Source: Candidatus Cloacimonadota bacterium
GTDB lineage: Bacteria; Cloacimonadota; Cloacimonadia; Cloacimonadales; TCS61
Direction of reading: 5' to 3'
Length of the DNA: 27,080 bases
Assembly (NCBI GenBank): GCA_016931665.1
Contig: JAFGEH010000139.1
Location: 1-27,080 of the forward strand
Below, piece after piece: positions 1-7,909 of the stretch (positions within the stretch are counted from its first letter, which is position 1; each line of letters starts with the position of its first letter). A program made the position numbers and the translations under genes. The notes beneath the pieces are model-generated. The model had not been told where the DNA came from. It made no database searches and worked only from the letters and a program-made list of their open reading frames with translations.

Positions 1-2
1 AC

Positions 3-41
3 CTGCTGGACCAGATTCCGGTTGAACTGATCGCGGATTGA
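3..41 (+). CDS. 3' end of an upstream CDS (…LLDQIPVELIAD*), probably part of the TRAP locus
   Basis: Open frame from the window edge to TGA at 39-41, 4 nt before the TRAP ATG. Too short to assign a family. Confidence 0.3.
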   Translation: MLDQIPVELIAD

Positions 42-45
42 TTTA

Positions 46-2007
46 ATGCGTAGATATGAACAGAAGCTTATTTCCGTTATTGCTCTGATCTGGGCTCTGT
101 TTCAACTCGCTCTGCCCAAACTGATCATACTGGACAGTATCAGAATCCGGGCTATTCATCTGGCTTTCGCTTTACTGCTGGTTTTCCTGATCAGGCCTTT
201 CCGGAAGTGCTTAAAAATCCAGGACGGCAAGCCTGCCATACCCTGGTATGACTACCTTCTGGCTATCACTGGCGCCATCTCTGCCCTGTATCTTGTAATA
301 TTCTGGCTGCCAGTTTCAGCCCGGTCCGGCAGCCCGAATCTGCCCGATACAATTGTCTCAGTCCTCCTTATTCTCATCCTGCTGGAGGCAGCCAGAAGGC
401 AGCTGGGTGCAGCTCTTTCAATAATTGCTGTTTTTTTTACAATTTATGCTTTCCTGGGCCCCTACCTGCCGTATCTTCTGGCTTTCCGTGGTGTTTCCCT
501 GGATAAATATCTCAGCCAGATCGTTCTTTCCACCGAGGGAATATACGGCATTCCTCTCGATGTTTCAGCCGTTACGGTTTTCCTTTTCGTTCTGTTTGGT
601 TCCCTGCTGGAAAAGACCGGGGCCGGGCTGTTCTTTAACGATCTTGCCCTGTCCCTGCTAGGCAGATATAAGGGAGGGCCAGCCAAGGCTGCGGTGGTCT
701 CCAGCGGCCTGACCGGAATTGTCTCCGGTTCCAGTATCGCCAATGTGGTGACTACGGGAACTTTCACCATTCCCCTCATGAAAAAGGTAGGATATCCCGC
801 CGAAATCGCTGCAGCCACCGAAGTCGCTGCCAGTACTAATGGACAATTAATGCCACCAATCATGGGAGCTGCCGCCTTCATTATAGCAGAATACCTCGGC
901 CTGCCCTATCTGCAGGTAGTCAAAGCCGCCGCCCTGCCGGCTGTTGTCTCCTATCTCGCCCTGTTCTATATTACCCACCTTGAAGCGTCCAAACTCGGAA
1001 TGAAAGGACTCTCCCGCTCTGATCTGCCCAGACTGGCAGCTGTTGTCAGAACAGGCTTCTATCATCTTATACCCCTTCTGATACTGCTCTACCAGTTGAT
1101 TATCCTGCGCCATACTCCCCAGCTTTCTGCCTTTAACTCAATCTTATCCCTCATCGTGATAACCCTGCTCAAAGACCTTCTGGAGGCGCTCAGAACCAAG
1201 TCAGGAATCTGGATCTTTATGAGGAACAGCTTTTTAGTGCTTGGCCGTGGCTTTATCGCTGGTTCCCGGAATATGCTTTCAGTGGCTCTGGCCACCGCTG
1301 CGGCCGGTATCGTTGTCGGAATTGTAAATATGGGCATCGGCAGCCTTATCGTTCAGATAGTAGAAAGCCTTTCCGGAGGAAATATACTTGTTCTTCTGCT
1401 AATTTCCGCCCTGGCCAGTCTCATCCTTGGTATGGGCCTGCCAACCACAGCCACCTATATTGTCATGGCTTCCATTACTGTTCCGGTTATCATCAAGATC
1501 AGCCATCTCTATGGCCTGCATCCAGTCCCCGCTATTGCCGCCCATCTTTTCTGCTTCTATTTCGGTATCCTGGCCGATGATACTCCGCCGGTAGGCCTGG
1601 CTGCTTACACGGCAGCGGCTATAGCTCATTCCGACCCGATCAGAACCGGAATCAAGGCCTTCTCCTATGACCTGAGAACTGCCATCATTCCCTTCATGTT
1701 CGTCTTCAATCCTGCTCTCCTGTTACTGGGTGTTAATTCTTTCTGGGAAATAACCGTCATCTTCATTCTGGCAGCTCTTGGTATATTTTCCTTTACCAAC
1801 GCCGTTCAGGGCTGGTTCATAACCCGTAACCGCTGGTGGGAACTACCTCTGTTCCTGCTTCTATCACTGGTTTTCTTTCAACCGGCACTGCTTCGTAATC
1901 TGCTGCATCTTCCTGCCGGTTATACCTACCTGGCGGCACTGCCGGCACTGGTTGTCTATTTTCTGCTTTATCTTCTGCAGAAGAAAAGATTATTGCGAAA
2001 TGCCTGA
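46..2007 (+). CDS. TRAP transporter fused permease (4TM/12TM, DctQM-like, TAXI-associated type)
   Basis: 653-aa highly hydrophobic protein with the family motifs GGPAKAAVVSS, SGSSIANVVTTGTFTIPLMKK, ASTNGQLMPPIMGAAAF, LILGMGLPTTATY and DDTPPVGLAAY. Confidence 0.93.
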   Translation: MRRYEQKLISVIALIWALFQLALPKLIILDSIRIRAIHLAFALLLVFLIRPFRKCLKIQDGKPAIPWYDYLLAITGAISALYLVIFWLPVSARSGSPNLPDTIVSVLLILILLEAARRQLGAALSIIAVFFTIYAFLGPYLPYLLAFRGVSLDKYLSQIVLSTEGIYGIPLDVSAVTVFLFVLFGSLLEKTGAGLFFNDLALSLLGRYKGGPAKAAVVSSGLTGIVSGSSIANVVTTGTFTIPLMKKVGYPAEIAAATEVAASTNGQLMPPIMGAAAFIIAEYLGLPYLQVVKAAALPAVVSYLALFYITHLEASKLGMKGLSRSDLPRLAAVVRTGFYHLIPLLILLYQLIILRHTPQLSAFNSILSLIVITLLKDLLEALRTKSGIWIFMRNSFLVLGRGFIAGSRNMLSVALATAAAGIVVGIVNMGIGSLIVQIVESLSGGNILVLLLISALASLILGMGLPTTATYIVMASITVPVIIKISHLYGLHPVPAIAAHLFCFYFGILADDTPPVGLAAYTAAAIAHSDPIRTGIKAFSYDLRTAIIPFMFVFNPALLLLGVNSFWEITVIFILAALGIFSFTNAVQGWFITRNRWWELPLFLLLSLVFFQPALLRNLLHLPAGYTYLAALPALVVYFLLYLLQKKRLLRNA

Positions 2008-2022
2008 CTTCAGTGATTAATC

Positions 2023-2051
2023 TTGACACGACAACTCTAACCCGGAACGTT
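2023..2051 (+). promoter_or_regulatory. Candidate sigma70-type promoter for the C25 gene
   Basis: TTGACA (2023-2028), 17-nt spacer, AACGTT; GAGG Shine-Dalgarno before the ATG at 2080. Confidence 0.5.
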
Positions 2052-2079
2052 TCTTGCATAATTTGAGATAGAGGTATCT

Positions 2080-4317
2080 ATGAAAAAATATTTTTTGCTG
2101 TTAACTATCTGTCTGATCACACTATCTTTCCTGCCAGCAGATATCATCAGGATGAACGATAACGAACTTCAGGTTAGCCTATTAAGGTCCACCAGTGAAG
2201 AAACCCTGATCCAGATTGAATTCGGAGCCTTCGGCCGGGAACAGGTTGAGATTGACGGCAATATCTTCTTTCAGCTCTCGCTTTCGGGAGAAGACAACAC
2301 TTTTGAGCGGGGAGCACCCTCTCTGCCCTTCCTGGTCCGCAGCATCATAATCCCGGATCTGGCCGGCCTGCAGCTCCAGGTGATCGCCAGCGAATTCACT
2401 GAATTCGATATGAAAATTGCGCCTTCCAAGGGTATCCTCAGCCGCCAGATAGATCCGGCTCAGGTGCCATACGAATTTAACGAATCTTACCTGAACAATG
2501 AATTCTACCCCTCCCGGATCGCTACCCTGGGAGAACCCTATATCCTCAGAGACTTCCGGGGATTGACGGTTTCCGTGTATCCCTTCGTTTACAACCCTGT
2601 TACCGGACAGCTGCGGGTCTATCATCACCTTATCCTCAGAGTAGTCAGTTCCGGTACCGATGAGCGTAATCAGAAAATTAGGAATGATAACAGAATAAAT
2701 CGGAATTTCAGCGAAATCTACCGCCACCATTTCCTGAATTACAACACTTTCCGTTATAACACAGTTGAAGAACAGGGAAGGATCCTGGTGATCGCCTACA
2801 GCAGTTTCATGACCGCCATGCAGCCTTATGTGGACTGGAAAAACCAGCGCGGCATCCCCTGCACTATGGTCAATGTCAGTACTATCGGCTCCACGGCTTC
2901 CCAGATCAAAACCTATATCCAGAATCAGTATAACCTGAATGACGGCCTCACTTTCGTGCAACTGGTGGGCGACGCTGCCCAGATACCCGCTTATAACACT
3001 GATGAAGATCCTCAATACAGCCTGTTGGAAGGGGGAGATTCCTACCCGGATATTTTCGTGGGCCGCTTCTCGGCTGGTACCGTAGCAGAAGTAGCAACCC
3101 AGGTGGATCGAACCATCTATTATGAAAGAGATATTACGACAGGAGACTGGTTGTTCAAAGGTTTTGGTATTGGTTCAGACGACGGTTACGGAAATGGTGA
3201 TGATGGGGAATATGACTGGGAACATCTAAGAAATATTCGTACTCATTTATATACTTATACTTACCAGAATATTGATGAGTTTTACGAAGGTTCTCAGGGC
3301 GGCGATGATGCTGCTGGAAATCCCAATGCAACGATGGTCTTGAATGCTGTTAACCAAGGTAGGGGAATTGGTAATTATTGTGGCCATGGATATTATGGCG
3401 GCTGGTCAACTTCAGGATTTAATTCCAGCAATGTTAACTCTCTGACTAACGATAATATGTTTCCTTTTATCCATTCGGTCGCCTGCAATACGGGGGAATT
3501 TCAGAACTATACCAGTTGCTTTGCTGAAACATGGCTGCGCGCCACTAATAATTCCACCGGCAATCCCACGGGAGCTATCGCCTTCTATGGATCCACTATC
3601 AGCCAGTCCTGGAGTCCGCCCATGCGCGCTCAGGATCATGCCATCGACCTGCTGGTGGGCTGGAACTATTACAATAATCAGCCCCTGGCTCAGAAATTCA
3701 CCATTGGCGGGCTCTGGTATAACGGTTCCTGCAATATGATGGATGTTTACGGGACAGGCGGTATTAACGAGTTCAAGCACTGGACGATCTTCGGCGATGC
3801 TTCCCTGACGGTGCGCACGAATACGCCTGCGGACCTGGGTGTGATACACACAGACAGTATCGAGGAATCCGCTGTTTCCTTTCCCGTGGAGACGGACTGC
3901 CCGGGAGCCCTGGCCTGCCTGGTAAATTCCACTAATGAGATCATCACCACCGGCTATACTGATGGCTCCGGCCATGTCATTCTCTCACCCGGAACGCTTC
4001 CTGCCCCTCCGGCCGAGCTTCTGCTCACTGTTACCGCCAGTAATTATGCCACCTATCAGGCCACGATCGAGGTAACAACTGGAGGAACAGTTCTGGATCC
4101 GCCTGCCAATGTCGTGGTGGATTGCAGTTCGGAAGCGGTACAATTGTCCTGGGATCCTGTGGCCGGGGCTAATTCCTATATAATCTATCACAGCCTTGCG
4201 CCGGAAGGTTCATTCGATATACTCGAAACAGTGAATGCCGGTATTACCAGCCGCAGCTATTCTGCGGGTGAAACCAGAAGGTTCTATCGGGTAACTGCTT
4301 CCACCGATCTGCCCTGA
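2080..4317 (+). CDS. Secreted C25 family (gingipain-like) cysteine peptidase: signal peptide, C25 propeptide, catalytic domain, Ig-like domain, C-terminal FN3-like domain
   Basis: Signal peptide MKKYFLLL…LPA. Propeptide motifs GAPSLP, IAPSKG and LRDFRG. Catalytic-domain motifs VQLVGD, YPDIFVGRFSA, NYCGHG (His codon 3385) and SVACNTGEF (Cys codon 3484); the His-Cys spacing of 33 aa matches RgpB. Also contains WTIFGDASL. Confidence 0.92.
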   Translation: MKKYFLLLTICLITLSFLPADIIRMNDNELQVSLLRSTSEETLIQIEFGAFGREQVEIDGNIFFQLSLSGEDNTFERGAPSLPFLVRSIIIPDLAGLQLQVIASEFTEFDMKIAPSKGILSRQIDPAQVPYEFNESYLNNEFYPSRIATLGEPYILRDFRGLTVSVYPFVYNPVTGQLRVYHHLILRVVSSGTDERNQKIRNDNRINRNFSEIYRHHFLNYNTFRYNTVEEQGRILVIAYSSFMTAMQPYVDWKNQRGIPCTMVNVSTIGSTASQIKTYIQNQYNLNDGLTFVQLVGDAAQIPAYNTDEDPQYSLLEGGDSYPDIFVGRFSAGTVAEVATQVDRTIYYERDITTGDWLFKGFGIGSDDGYGNGDDGEYDWEHLRNIRTHLYTYTYQNIDEFYEGSQGGDDAAGNPNATMVLNAVNQGRGIGNYCGHGYYGGWSTSGFNSSNVNSLTNDNMFPFIHSVACNTGEFQNYTSCFAETWLRATNNSTGNPTGAIAFYGSTISQSWSPPMRAQDHAIDLLVGWNYYNNQPLAQKFTIGGLWYNGSCNMMDVYGTGGINEFKHWTIFGDASLTVRTNTPADLGVIHTDSIEESAVSFPVETDCPGALACLVNSTNEIITTGYTDGSGHVILSPGTLPAPPAELLLTVTASNYATYQATIEVTTGGTVLDPPANVVVDCSSEAVQLSWDPVAGANSYIIYHSLAPEGSFDILETVNAGITSRSYSAGETRRFYRVTASTDLP

Positions 4318-4322
4318 TCCTG

Positions 4323-5360
4323 TTACAAATAAGCTTCTAATTTATCCGAATTTTCAGGCTTAAAGGCAATTTCCAGCACTGCCAGCGGTAAGGAAGATCC
4401 TTTCCCGGCTGCTATTTTAACATAATCCTTTTCCGTGGTCAGCAGATAATCCCAACCCTGACGGCTAACTTCCTCATTCAGATATTCCAGCGCAGAATCA
4501 TCATAGGAATAATGATCGGGATACCGGTAATGATAACTGATTTCCACGCCCGCCTCTCTTACTGTCTTCTCGAAAGATGAAGGCCTGCCAATACCGGAAA
4601 CCAGGGCTATCTTTTTATCCGATAAACCGCTGACTGGAATCTCTTCTCCGCTACCATCATAAATCCTGACTATCCGGTATTTTCCCTTAACAATCCGGGA
4701 AGAATAATTTATGAGATAGGCTGGTATAACATTATAGGCGTTGGCTATGATCAGCTGGGCTCTGCCGGCGGCTGCCGGAGATTCTCTCAGGATCCCGGCC
4801 GGCAGTACGAAACCATTGCCGATTCCTCCTTCCCGGTTAAAAACCAGGATATCCAGATCATGCTTCACCTGCAGATGCTGAAAGGAATCATCCAGGATTA
4901 TCCAGTCCAGATCGGGAAATGTAGCAGTCAGCAACTGGATGGCCCGTTTCCTGTTTTTCCCGGCCACAACCGGGATCCCCTTCAGTTTCCGAGCCAGTAA
5001 TTGAGCTTCATCTCCCGCCTGAACAGAGGCAGCCAGCAACCCCTTCCTGTCCGAGATCAGGGTGGCTCCCTTTTCCAGATCACTCCTGTACCCGCGATGG
5101 GAAACAGCTACCCGCTTTCCCTGTTTACTGAGATATCCGGCCAGAAATAGGGTAACCGGAGTTTTCCCGCTGCCACCGCTGACCAGATTGCCTACACTGG
5201 CAATTTTCACATCGGACCGATAACTTAAAAAAGGTAACAGATCATAAATTGATCTTCTGGTCTTTTGTATGAACATATAGATCAGACTGAGAGGAAATAA
5301 TAACCAGGACAGGATTGTCCTACTGTATAAATGGGATTGTATAAATTGCTGCCAGTTCAT
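4323..5360 (-). CDS. lpxK: Tetraacyldisaccharide 4'-kinase
   Basis: SVGNLVSGGSGKTP Walker A, SHRGY, GDEAQL, ILDDSFQH, LPAGILRE, SGIGRP, YPDHY and TTEKDYVK motifs. Confidence 0.95.
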   Translation of the reverse strand: MNWQQFIQSHLYSRTILSWLLFPLSLIYMFIQKTRRSIYDLLPFLSYRSDVKIASVGNLVSGGSGKTPVTLFLAGYLSKQGKRVAVSHRGYRSDLEKGATLISDRKGLLAASVQAGDEAQLLARKLKGIPVVAGKNRKRAIQLLTATFPDLDWIILDDSFQHLQVKHDLDILVFNREGGIGNGFVLPAGILRESPAAAGRAQLIIANAYNVIPAYLINYSSRIVKGKYRIVRIYDGSGEEIPVSGLSDKKIALVSGIGRPSSFEKTVREAGVEISYHYRYPDHYSYDDSALEYLNEEVSRQGWDYLLTTEKDYVKIAAGKGSSLPLAVLEIAFKPENSDKLEAYL

Positions 5361-5388
5361 GCCAGCCCGTTCCGGGAATTAATTATGC

Positions 5389-5895
5389 TCAAAATTCAAT
5401 ACCTTCCCGGGCGGATATCCCCTTCTGAAAGTAATGTTTTATCTCTTTCATCTCCGTGACCAGGTCGGCTTTTTCCAACACTTCAGTATGAGCGTATCGT
5501 CCGGTCATCACCAGTTCTGCTGACGTATCCAGAGCCATCAGCTCCAGCTGCCTGGACACGGGTAACAAATTCCATGCTACCGCCACATTGATCTCGTCCA
5601 GAACGATCAGATCATAATTATCAGAAAGGATCACGTCCCGAGCTTTTTCCCAGGCTTTTTCCGCCTCGGTATAGTCAATTTCGGAAAGATGATCAGGATC
5701 AATCAGCTGGTCGGTTCCGAATTGGAAAATATCTATTCCGGATAACTTTTTCAGCTGTTCGATCTCCCCATATCTGAAATCTTTTTTCATAAACTGGATC
5801 AAGCATACCCGCCAGCCATGCCCCAGGGCCCTGATTATCAGTCCCAGAGCTGCGGTGGTTTTGCCTTTTCCGTTACCCGTGAATATCTGTATCAT
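5389..5895 (-). CDS. cobO: ATP:cob(I)alamin adenosyltransferase, CobA/CobO/BtuR type
   Basis: FTGNGKGKTTAALG, IQFMK, LIVLDEIN, ELVMTGR, ADLVTEM and KHYF…A..GIEF. Start placed at ATG 5895 (AGGAGA SD) rather than the ORF-track TTG at 5946. Confidence 0.93.
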   Translation of the reverse strand: MIQIFTGNGKGKTTAALGLIIRALGHGWRVCLIQFMKKDFRYGEIEQLKKLSGIDIFQFGTDQLIDPDHLSEIDYTEAEKAWEKARDVILSDNYDLIVLDEINVAVAWNLLPVSRQLELMALDTSAELVMTGRYAHTEVLEKADLVTEMKEIKHYFQKGISAREGIEF

Positions 5896-5917
5896 TCTTT
5901 CTCTCCTGACAGATTGA

Positions 5918-5946
5918 ATCCTGTTTTTCCTGGTTTCTTCTGTCAA
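5918..5946 (-). promoter_or_regulatory. Candidate promoter for cobO-lpxK
   Basis: TTGACA (5946-5941), 17-nt spacer, CAGGAT, in the 73-nt gap upstream of cobO. Confidence 0.4.
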
Positions 5947-5968
5947 TGTTCTTCTATTCCTTAATTAC

Positions 5969-7156
5969 TCATGGAATTAACAATCGCTTCTCCAGAAAAT
6001 ATTCTTTCTCTTCACCTTCCTCTTCCAGAGTAATTTTTACTGACTTAATTTCCCTGTTCATGAGAATGTCGGATATTTCTTTCTGAGAGATCTCTTCAAA
6101 TCCTTTATCATTGATCTTTTTCAGCAGATGTCCTGGCTTCAGCCCTGCTTCCCGGGCCGGAGAATTTTCCCAGACGCCGGTAATTTTAATATTTTCCTCC
6201 CGGGTCGAGATCATTAATCCTGCTGAATAAAGAAGATCGTAATCCGGACCCTCTGTCTCTGTCAGTTTTAGCTGTCGATTCTGAAAATCCAGTCTCAGCA
6301 GAAAATCATCCAGGAAATATTTGCCGATCAGTAAAACATCCTGATCCAGGAAGGACGGTATTTCAGCAAAAAGCACCGGAACATTTTCCAGAACGATATC
6401 ACCCATACTGATCTGTGGCATAACCGAAAGGTAATTGCGAGGGTTGTCGTTCCAGGGCCATCGGGCGAAATAACCATCCGCTTCCAGGAAGGTTATCTCT
6501 TGATTGTCAGCCAGTTTTTCCTTCCAGCTGACCGGTAGTACGAATCCATAAGACAGGCCTGTATCGATCATTCCCGGGAGAGGATACGTATCATTCAATA
6601 CAAGTTCAATGGTCGGGAAGTAGGGAAGGATGATCTCCATCTGAAAAACATGTTCCAGCTCGCTTTCACTCAACATCAGGCTGGGATTGTTAAAAACCAG
6701 CATCTGCCTGGCATAATCTATTTCCGTCTGAAAAAAACGTAGATAATCCGAACCTATCATTCCAGACTGAGCAAATTTATAGGTTTGATTGAAATTCGTA
6801 ACACCTGCCTTCATCCCGAAAACCCTGGTCTCTCCAAGGACTATCTCAGTCAACTTAGTAAAGCCGGCCTGCTGGTTGGGGATTTCAATGATTTCCAGCT
6901 GCAGGCTGTCACAGACGCTTTCATCCAACATTGTTATCCCGCCCGTATCAAGCACCATTTCCAGTTTCACCCCATTAACAGCGACCGGGATCTTAATAAT
7001 GTGAGAAGCTTCCAGCTCAAATGGAACTTCCACAGCTTGCGTAAGTATCTGTGGTTCGCCTCCCTTGAATTTCTCAAACATCTCGATCGGATTTATCTGA
7101 CAGGAAACCAGCTTAACCAGCAGAAAAAATACAAAAACAGCATTAAATTTGATCAT
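5969..7156 (-). CDS. Exported aspartyl protease with two retropepsin-like domains and a C-terminal PDZ domain (possible lipoprotein)
   Basis: Two DTG motifs (VLDTGG, MIDTGL), each followed by a GxIGxDxL-type motif (GMIGSDYLR, LLIGKYFL). PDZ segment ITGVWENSPAREAGLKPGHLLKKIN. N-terminal hydrophobic stretch ending in LVSC. Confidence 0.85.
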   Translation of the reverse strand: MIKFNAVFVFFLLVKLVSCQINPIEMFEKFKGGEPQILTQAVEVPFELEASHIIKIPVAVNGVKLEMVLDTGGITMLDESVCDSLQLEIIEIPNQQAGFTKLTEIVLGETRVFGMKAGVTNFNQTYKFAQSGMIGSDYLRFFQTEIDYARQMLVFNNPSLMLSESELEHVFQMEIILPYFPTIELVLNDTYPLPGMIDTGLSYGFVLPVSWKEKLADNQEITFLEADGYFARWPWNDNPRNYLSVMPQISMGDIVLENVPVLFAEIPSFLDQDVLLIGKYFLDDFLLRLDFQNRQLKLTETEGPDYDLLYSAGLMISTREENIKITGVWENSPAREAGLKPGHLLKKINDKGFEEISQKEISDILMNREIKSVKITLEEEGEEKEYFLEKRLLIP

Positions 7157-7164
7157 CCTTTACC

Positions 7165-7767
7165 TCACTTCTTTTCTATTAATTTCCAGGTAATGTTTAG
7201 CAGATCTGCAGCCAGTATATCAACATCCAGGCTGCCATCCAGTTCTGTGATGAAAGCCGAACCTTCCAAAACTGTATGAATTAGTATTGCCAGCGATGAG
7301 GGATCAATATCCGATTTTATTGTCCCCTCTGCCTGGCTGGCGATTATATTCCGAGTGAGAACCTCCCTGAAGTTTCTGGCATCCCGGGCTATCCTTTCCC
7401 TGAATTCCGGTTTATATTTGCTTAAAATCTGCAGAAGGTTGTTGTAAGTATAAGGATATTCCTCCGTGTCTTCTTCCAGCAGAATTTTCTCCACATTCTT
7501 GTAGATCGGGATGGCCTGGAAGATTTTGTTGATATAATCCCTTCCAGAAGATAAATCAGCTAAATAATCCCTGTTCCAGGCTGTCATTCGGTAGGTAAAG
7601 AAATCCAGAACTCCTTCCACCAGTGCCTCTTTATTCTGGAAGTGATGGTAGATCGCCGGTTTGGAAATTCCCACTTCGGCAGCGATCATAGCCAGGGAAA
7701 CATGATAAAAACCTTTCTGCAGAAAGAGTTTCAAGGCTGTACTTACAATTTTTTCTCTAGTTTCCAT
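7165..7767 (-). CDS. TetR/AcrR family transcriptional regulator
   Basis: N-terminal HTH: ALKLFLQKGFYHVSLAMIAAEVGISKPAIYHHFQNKEAL. Confidence 0.95.
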   Translation of the reverse strand: METREKIVSTALKLFLQKGFYHVSLAMIAAEVGISKPAIYHHFQNKEALVEGVLDFFTYRMTAWNRDYLADLSSGRDYINKIFQAIPIYKNVEKILLEEDTEEYPYTYNNLLQILSKYKPEFRERIARDARNFREVLTRNIIASQAEGTIKSDIDPSSLAILIHTVLEGSAFITELDGSLDVDILAADLLNITWKLIEKK

Positions 7768-7776
7768 TCTACCCCC

Positions 7777-7794
7777 TTACCTACCGGTAAGTAA
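7777..7794. promoter_or_regulatory. TetR-type operator palindrome
   Basis: TTACCTACCGGTAAGTAA: 18-bp inverted repeat with one mismatched pair, 9 nt upstream of the tetR ATG, overlapping the predicted -10. Confidence 0.75.
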
Positions 7795-7817
7795 TTTTAA
7801 TCCTGTCTGTTTGTCAA
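7789..7817 (-). promoter_or_regulatory. Candidate tetR promoter
   Basis: TTGACA (7817-7812), 17-nt spacer, TTACTT; the -10 lies inside the operator arm. Confidence 0.5.
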
Positions 7818-7856
7818 ATATTATTTAAGGACTGTTATTTTAACTCAGGAATTCAA

Positions 7857-7885
7857 TTGACATCAGAGATTGATTGCTGAATGTT
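7857..7885 (+). promoter_or_regulatory. Candidate promoter for the ABC permease genes
   Basis: TTGACA (7857-7862), 17-nt spacer, AATGTT. Confidence 0.5.
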
Positions 7886-7909
7886 TGCTGCAAATAATGA
7901 AGGTAATTT

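Noticed and set aside
462-1629. Several antisense and alternate-frame ORFs within the TRAP gene
   Set aside because: They lie fully inside a confident CDS and show no family signatures or RBS.
2182-3015. 277-aa antisense ORF opposite the C25 gene (also 3412-3975)
   Set aside because: It shadows a strongly supported gene in a high-GC3 stretch where antisense stops are scarce, and it has no recognisable motifs.
5896-5946. N-terminal extension of CobO from TTG 5946
   Set aside because: A better SD precedes ATG 5895, the family starts there, and the TTG is part of a TTGACA -35.
6785-7279. 164-aa plus-strand ORF opposite the protease and tetR
   Set aside because: It overlaps two well-supported minus-strand genes and reads as a shadow frame.
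1-7767. Higher GC at the left end (about 50% or more in sampled lines) than in the ECF region (about 30-35% in sampled lines)
   Set aside because: This rests on a few hand-counted lines, shows no sharp boundary or mobility gene, and includes core genes such as lpxK. It is not enough to call an island.
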